Assembly: GCA_951406725.2 (NCBI GenBank)
Contig: OX597832.1
Location: forward strand, 43,400,001 to 43,464,000
Direction of reading: 5' to 3'
DNA length: 64,000 bases
Origin: Octopus vulgaris
Taxonomy: Eukaryota
Shown here: positions 58,223 through 64,000 of the stretch, in pieces
Layout: each line of letters begins with the position of its first letter
Position numbering within the stretch: the first letter of the stretch is position 1
Notes under the pieces: model-generated
Told to the model about the DNA's origin: nothing
What the model saw: the letters and a program-made list of their open reading frames with translations, nothing else
The model's database searches: none
Program-made: the position numbers and the translations under genes

Positions 58223-58789
58223 CTCTCCTTTACACGATATGTAGACAGGAGACTGCAGAGTAGTTGAGAGTGCAACATTGACAATGGAGTTTCGACCTTA
58301 AAATATTAAACTGTCCACAGAGTAGCGGTTCAGCAAAAGAGAACCGATAGAATAAGTACCAGGCTGAAAGTGATTTGTTTATCCCTTCTAGCAAGTCTAG
58401 AGACCACGTAAAGGTTTCCCTCATTGGCTCCCGTTAATAATTTAAGGGGTCTGTATGAAACCACAGATCTTATTCATTTCATCAAGCTGTGCTTGACAGA
58501 AGTGTAGAAACTGACAAATTTGTAGTTTAAGATAGTTATCAATGAGTGAATAACTCCCTTGACTTCGTGTGAACGGTCAGACGAAAGTTTATCAACGCCT
58601 TTTCCGTGTTCAGTTCAAATTCCCACCTTTCATCCTAGTCGGGGCAGGAAAAAAACAGTTATCAACCAAAACCTGGAGTTGATTTAACTGACTGTTCTCC
58701 CTCTTGTAAAAACATTCAGGTCTTGTTCCTATCTTAGAACTTATTATTGACCCTGTTTTATATCCTGCATAACCGGGTTTAAACTATGG

Positions 58790-58960
58790 GGCTGATACAC
58801 CAAAGGGAAGATGTCACTTGATTGACAGCTCCGTAGTATCACAGTTGATCTATTTAGCGCGATCTTCTGGACTGCATAAATATTGATCTTACCCCGGATA
58901 CAGTTGGTGAACTTTTCCATTCCCTTGATCATGAACTTTATACTCCAATGATCACTGACG
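58790..58960 (-). mobile_element. Possible RLE-type LINE C-terminal fragment
   Basis: VIIG..MIKG......I...VQKIAL..STVILR resembles RLE LINE termini. Confidence 0.35.
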
Positions 58961-59724
58961 TTATTTCATTCTCCATATCCCAGCAGTTTTTATCTTTGCA
59001 TCATCGGCTGAAATTCTCTGACTCTCCATTGAACTACAGAGAGATCTCACATCGATAAAATAAAAAGAAAGAAAGCATTTTGTTTTAATAATATTCAGAC
59101 TGTGACATAAAGAGAAAAAAGAAAGTCTGCGAGTCTTATTACAACTTCCATCCAACAGACCAGGGGATCGAAACTCGATTGCCAGTTTTCTAGGTCACCG
59201 GAAATTCATCTCCTGCACTCAAGGTCGATGACTGCCCCATTAAAACAATGCCGCGAACATAATTTTTTTAAAGAACGAAGCCCCTTTCCAATATAGAAGT
59301 GACCTATACGTTAGGGTCGGTAGTTTGGCCCCATCAAAAACTGACATTCAAAGATTTATGAAGTCTGTTTTGATAAAATCTTCCAAGATTGCTAGACAAG
59401 TAGACTTTTCTAATTGGATTTTTGCAAAAGTAGTCTGACAACTCCACACAGGTCTTTTATTAACGTCTTCAACACACAATAAGAAGCCAGAACGTACTGT
59501 GGTCTATTTTCTTTCTTATTTTTCAATTAATAAATTGTCTTGTTCATACACACCCATTCTCATTCTATCAGCCTCTTTTTTAATCTTTCCAAATATTTAG
59601 CTAGCTTGCTAGCTTGTTACCTTCCTAATTATTGCATTCTTCCTTACATCCTGAAAGGGATACATAGAAACAAATCAAAATATATTTATGAAAATAAATA
59701 TATAATGTAAACACCAAATTTTGG

Positions 59725-60174
59725 GGATCTTTTCGGTTTGAACGGCAGTTTTTTCTAGCGGTGTCATATGAAATTGTCACCCATAATTATGACCCTAGTA
59801 TCGATCTATTGCATTTCAATCTGTTTTAGGGTTAGGGGTTAGTTAGGATTAATTAGGGTTAGGGTTAGAGTTAGGGGTGGGGCGAAGGGTATCTTTTTTC
59901 TTCAGAAATGTAAATAAACCCAATCTGTCTCTTAAACGAGGGACATATTCATACGGCACAGAATGTTTTTTACCTCAATATACGTCAATGATTGGTTGAA
60001 ATTGCAGAAATTGAAGGAAAACAACAACAAATATCTTACAAACTATAGAATGTTCTCAATAAAGCCAAGAGAAAAAGATGTTTTATAAACACATTCTACC
60101 AGTATACAAAGTTTAAAATTTTTTAGTTACGTGGAAATTATTTTAAAAAACTGCCGGTCAAACCGAAAAGATCC
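59725..60174 (-). mobile_element. MITE copy 1 (~30-bp TIRs GGATCTTTTCGGTTTGA.CGGCAGTTTTT; internal TTAGGG-like repeats)
   Basis: TIRs at both ends. Reverse orientation relative to copies 2 and 3. No TSD visible. Confidence 0.85.
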
Positions 60175-60606
60175 GGAAACTGAAAGAAGCTTGTCGTATG
60201 TGTGTATGAGAGAGGGTGTCTTTGTGTCTTTGTTTGTCACCCACCTCCATTTGACAACCGGTGTTGGTGTGTTTACGACCCGCTGTAACTTACCAGTTCG
60301 GCAAAAGAAAGCAATAGAAGAAGGAGTAAGCTTTCGAAAACAAAAGTACTGGGGTCGTTTCATTTGATTCAAAATTTCTTTAAGGCGGTGCTCCAACATG
60401 GGCGCAGTCTAATGCCTGAAACAAATAAAAGATAAAAGATAAAAGATGCTCATTCATCAATATTTGTATCTAATTTACTTTTGTGTCTGGGGAAAGTCAT
60501 TTTCTTTTTGTGCCTTATAATTTAATACATTCACCGGTCAAATTTTCCGAATATGCTTCAACACACGAACTCATATAAATAATCTTGCAAACCAACTCCA
60601 AAAACG

Positions 60607-61085
60607 GGATCTTTTCGGTTTGACCGGCAGTTTTTTTTAATAATTTCCACGTAACTAAACACTTTTAAACTTCGTATTCTGGTAGAATGTGTTTATAAAA
60701 CATCTTTTTCTCTTGGCTTTATTGAGAAAATTCTATAGTTTGTAAGATATTTGTTGTTGTTGATTTTTCTTCAATTTCTGCAATTTCAACCAATCAATGA
60801 TGTTTATTGAGGTAAAAAAAACATTCTGTTCCGTATGAATATGTCCCTCGTTTAAGAAACAGATTGGGTTTATTTACATTGATTGATTGATTGATTGATT
60901 GATTCTAGTTTCAGCTTATGAGCTGTGGCCATGCTGGGGCGAAGAAAACAATATACCCTTCTCCCCACCCCTAACCCTAACCCTAAAACAGATTGAAATG
61001 CAATAGATCGATACTAGGATCATAATTATGGGTGACAATTTCATGACACCGCTAGAAAAAACTGCCGTTCAAACCGAAAAGATCA
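60607..61085 (+). mobile_element. MITE copy 2, carrying a small SINE-tail insertion
   Basis: TIRs and 8-bp TSD CAAAAACG (60599-60606, 61086-61093). Extra (GATT)n...GGCCATGCTGGGGC at about 60880-60940. Confidence 0.88.
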
Positions 61086-61149
61086 CAAAAACGAAATAAT
61101 TTACTTTTCTTATTCAATTTTCATTTCATATTTTTTTTTCCTTTCTTTT

Positions 61150-61506
61150 AGCAACACATGAGAAATTCAAACCATGGCAACGACGTGGACCACAACACGT
61201 GATGCATTCCAAAGTAAGTTTCGTATATAATAGAATCAGTCGTTTTGTACGTTTTGTATGTGTGAGGGAACGGCGAATTTCGAGTCGAAAAGGTCTGCAG
61301 AGCTGGAGGAGAAAAGACGACGACGGAAAGAGCGCCAACAACAACCACGTGCGACTCTCCCTTCCGGCAACTAGATGTCCGCACTGTGGCCGATCTTTTC
61401 GAGCAAGAATTGGTCTTATCAGTCACCTGCGGACTCACCAATAAATTTGCGCGAAGACCATCATCCTCGACCTTGAGGGATTGCCATAGTAGTAGTAGTA
61501 GTAGTA
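61150..61506 (+). mobile_element. 3' end of an RTE-clade LINE
   Basis: C-terminal CPHCGRSFRARIGLISHLRTH, a short 3' UTR and a (TAG)n tail. Confidence 0.75.
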
Positions 61507-61546
61507 TGTGTGTGTGAGAGAGAGACAGACAGACAGAGAAAATGTG

Positions 61547-61620
<74 letters not shown>

Positions 61621-61698
61621 CTCTTGGTCTGTCTTTATCTGCCTTTTTATCTACGGATTTTACCTCTTCCTTTCTTTCTCTTTTTTTTTTTTTATCAG

Positions 61699-62847
61699 GT
61701 GGATTCTTATGCAAAAACGTCTGCGAAATTCTCCAAGCAAGATTCAATATTCGAAGAACGGCGCAGACGACTGCAAGAAGTCTGTAACGGGAACGAAAAT
61801 GTATTCATTGGTAACAACACGGAAGCTAATATCAAAGGCCGAATGCACATTGATTCGAAACACAAAATTATATACTGCGCCATTGAGAAAACTGGCTCAA
61901 CATTTTGGAAGCGAACTATGCAAATTCTTATCGGCATACGGAATGCTAGTAACCCGTTTGTTATTCGGGGTATGGAAGCGCATTTCAATTTCAATACTCT
62001 GAGAAAGGTTTCTTTCGATATAGTTCACGTTCTTTTACAGAAATATACCAAATTCTTGTTCGTGAGAGAACCGTACGCTCGCCTCTTGTCGGGATATGTC
62101 GACAAGCTCTTCTCGCCCAATTCGTTCTACTGGAAATACACAGGCACCTATATTGTTCGTTACTTTCGTTCACTTCCGTCTAACCACAGCATCAAGTGTG
62201 GCCATGACGTCACGTTTCCGGAATTCATTGATTACTTCATAGATTCGGAAGAACATAATCGATTCAGAAACGGTCATTTCACACCGAGTTACGATCATTG
62301 TCGACCTTGCCAGATTCAGTACGATATCATTGGGAAGCTTGAGTCATTCAAAAACGACACTATATACATTCTGGAAAAGCTTGGTGTAGATTCTCTCATC
62401 CATTTCTCAGATTTTGCCAGAGAGAGCGAAATCGATGCTTTAACCGATGCGGCAGATAACGTCTACGCGATGAGGTTAGCGGTCACAAAATGCATGACAT
62501 TCACAGAAGCCTTGCGTCGAGTGTGGAAGAAAATGCAGATCCGTGGTCTTTTGAGCCGCGAAATTCCGTTTCCTTATTCAGACGATTCTCGGGCTTACAT
62601 TCCATATTCCACTTTCTCAAAAACATTACTCGATGCTCACGCGCGTTCTGGTCCCCGGGATAAAAGGATCGAAAACCGCAAGATGGCTCTCATAGAAGCC
62701 TATCGACAAATCGACTACAGACAATTGTTGAGGTTGAAAAGAATTCTTGAGCCGGATTGCAAAATATTTGGTTATGATCCGGAACCATCCATTATCTTCC
62801 AGCAAACCAGGCAGCCTGAATCTTTCTATTTTATGTTTGATTATTAA
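61699..62847 (+). CDS. Coding exon 3 (catalytic, terminal) of a carbohydrate sulfotransferase, Sulfotransfer_2 / HNK-1ST-CHST8-14 family (CHST11-like)
   Basis: Poly-T ATCAG| acceptor at 61698. 5'-PSB motif YCAIEKTGSTFWKR, 3'-PB motif FLFVREPYARLLSGYVDKL, HFTP..CRPCQIQYDIIGKLESF and C-terminal D..FGY. 382 codons. Confidence 0.93.
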   Translation: MDSYAKTSAKFSKQDSIFEERRRRLQEVCNGNENVFIGNNTEANIKGRMHIDSKHKIIYCAIEKTGSTFWKRTMQILIGIRNASNPFVIRGMEAHFNFNTLRKVSFDIVHVLLQKYTKFLFVREPYARLLSGYVDKLFSPNSFYWKYTGTYIVRYFRSLPSNHSIKCGHDVTFPEFIDYFIDSEEHNRFRNGHFTPSYDHCRPCQIQYDIIGKLESFKNDTIYILEKLGVDSLIHFSDFARESEIDALTDAADNVYAMRLAVTKCMTFTEALRRVWKKMQIRGLLSREIPFPYSDDSRAYIPYSTFSKTLLDAHARSGPRDKRIENRKMALIEAYRQIDYRQLLRLKRILEPDCKIFGYDPEPSIIFQQTRQPESFYFMFDY

Positions 62848-63525
62848 ACGGTTGGCAAATCGGTTTGAATGGATGTGTCAGTTTGAAGTAAATCAAATTT
62901 TGGACTTTGTGGCAAAACGTCTTAATTTGGAAAAAAAATCTCCCAAAATTCACGGAATTAAAATTACACGTCGATCGTCGTACAAAACTGTAGATTAACT
63001 GTTTACGAAGTATAATCACGTGTTTTCACGAATGTACTAACGAGATTTGCTCTGATATTCTCATTTAAATATGAATAGGTAATTACGGACGGTTTTGGGC
63101 GGCTTGGTCACATGAACAAAAATTTTTTTCGGGTGGCTTTGGGCGGTTTGGTAACAAAAGGGTTAAATTCCCGTCTCAAAAAGAGACCCAGTCACTGCAA
63201 CCAACAAATCATAATTGAATGCAAACAGATTTAAACAAATTACATTCCATACATAAAAGAAACCAGTCAGTGAAACAACAACAACAATAATTCTTTCTAC
63301 TGTAGGTACAAGGCCAAAAATTTGGGGGAGGGAAAATAGTCGATCAGTGCGTATCTGTTACTTATTCCGTCGACCCCGAAAGGATAAAAGGTAAAGTCGA
63401 CCTCGGTGGAATTTGAACTCAGAACGTATAGACGGACGAAATGACGCTAAGCATTTTGACCGGCGTGCTAACGATAGTTGTAATACAATGTGCTGTCCAG
63501 AACTTTTCTGACTTATAAAACATGC

Positions 63526-63954
63526 GGATCTTTTCGGTTTGACCGGCAGTTTTTAAAAATAATTTCCACGTAACTAAAAAATTTTAAACATCGTATACTG
63601 GTAGAATGTGTTTATAAAACATCTTTTTCTCTTGGCTTTATTGAGAAAATTTTATAGTTTGTAAGATATTTGTTGGGTTTTTTTCTTCAATTTCTGCAAT
63701 TTCAACCAATCAATGACGTCTATTGAGGTAAAAAAAAAAAACATTCTGTGCCGTATGAATATGTCCCTCGTTTAAGAGACAGATTGGGTTTATTTACACT
63801 TGTGAAGAAAAAAGGATACCCTTCCCCCCACTCCTAATCCTAATCCTAACCCTAAAACATTGAAATGCAATAGATCGATACTAGGGTCATAATTATGGGT
63901 GACAATTTCATATGATACCGCTAGAAAAAACTGCCGTTCAAACCGAAAAGATCC
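63526..63954 (+). mobile_element. MITE copy 3
   Basis: TIRs; TSD AAACATGC / GAACATGC (7 of 8 match). Confidence 0.88.
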
Positions 63955-64000
63955 GAACATGCCTTTCAAGTATTTTATACCTATAATGCATCAAATAGGT

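Noticed and set aside
59826-59882. Telomere or interstitial telomeric fusion site
   Set aside because: The short degenerate TTAGGG tract is an internal part of a MITE present three times.
61376-61441. C2H2 zinc finger as a host transcription-factor exon
   Set aside because: It is a single finger followed by a stop, a short UTR and a (TAG)n tail, typical of an RTE LINE C-terminus.
61510-61698. N-terminal extension of the 445-aa sulfotransferase ORF
   Set aside because: It is a (GT)n microsatellite plus polypyrimidine tract, i.e. intron read-through.

Overview
This is repeat-dense animal genomic DNA, most likely an octopus (inferred from the tRNA-derived SINE families and the extreme AT/ATAC/GT microsatellite load). 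Almost all ORFs in the track are microsatellite artefacts. Two real spliced + strand genes can be rebuilt by hand from splice signals and reading phase. (1) A two-exon gene (20523-20616 + 26320-28229, about 667 aa) encodes a signal-peptide-like leader, a 6-Cys mini-domain, an atypical protein kinase domain and a duplicated pseudokinase domain. It has no transmembrane helix and 10 N-glycosylation sequons, so it is a candidate secreted/lumenal tandem kinase-pseudokinase and the most interesting item here. (2) A three-exon type II Golgi carbohydrate sulfotransferase of the HNK-1ST/CHST8-14 family (49875-49983, 54220-54272, 61699-62847; about 436 aa). A possible signal-anchor first exon of a third gene lies on the minus strand (4005-4134). 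The rest is modular SINEs (several with TSDs, one as a 184-bp tandem array inside a LINE), mariner/Tc1/Tigger remnants, non-autonomous Helitrons, a MITE family with 8-bp TSDs, RTE/CR1/RLE LINE fragments, a Penelope RT remnant, hammerhead-like motifs and long foldback palindromes. All calls come from reading the sequence; no database searches were run.
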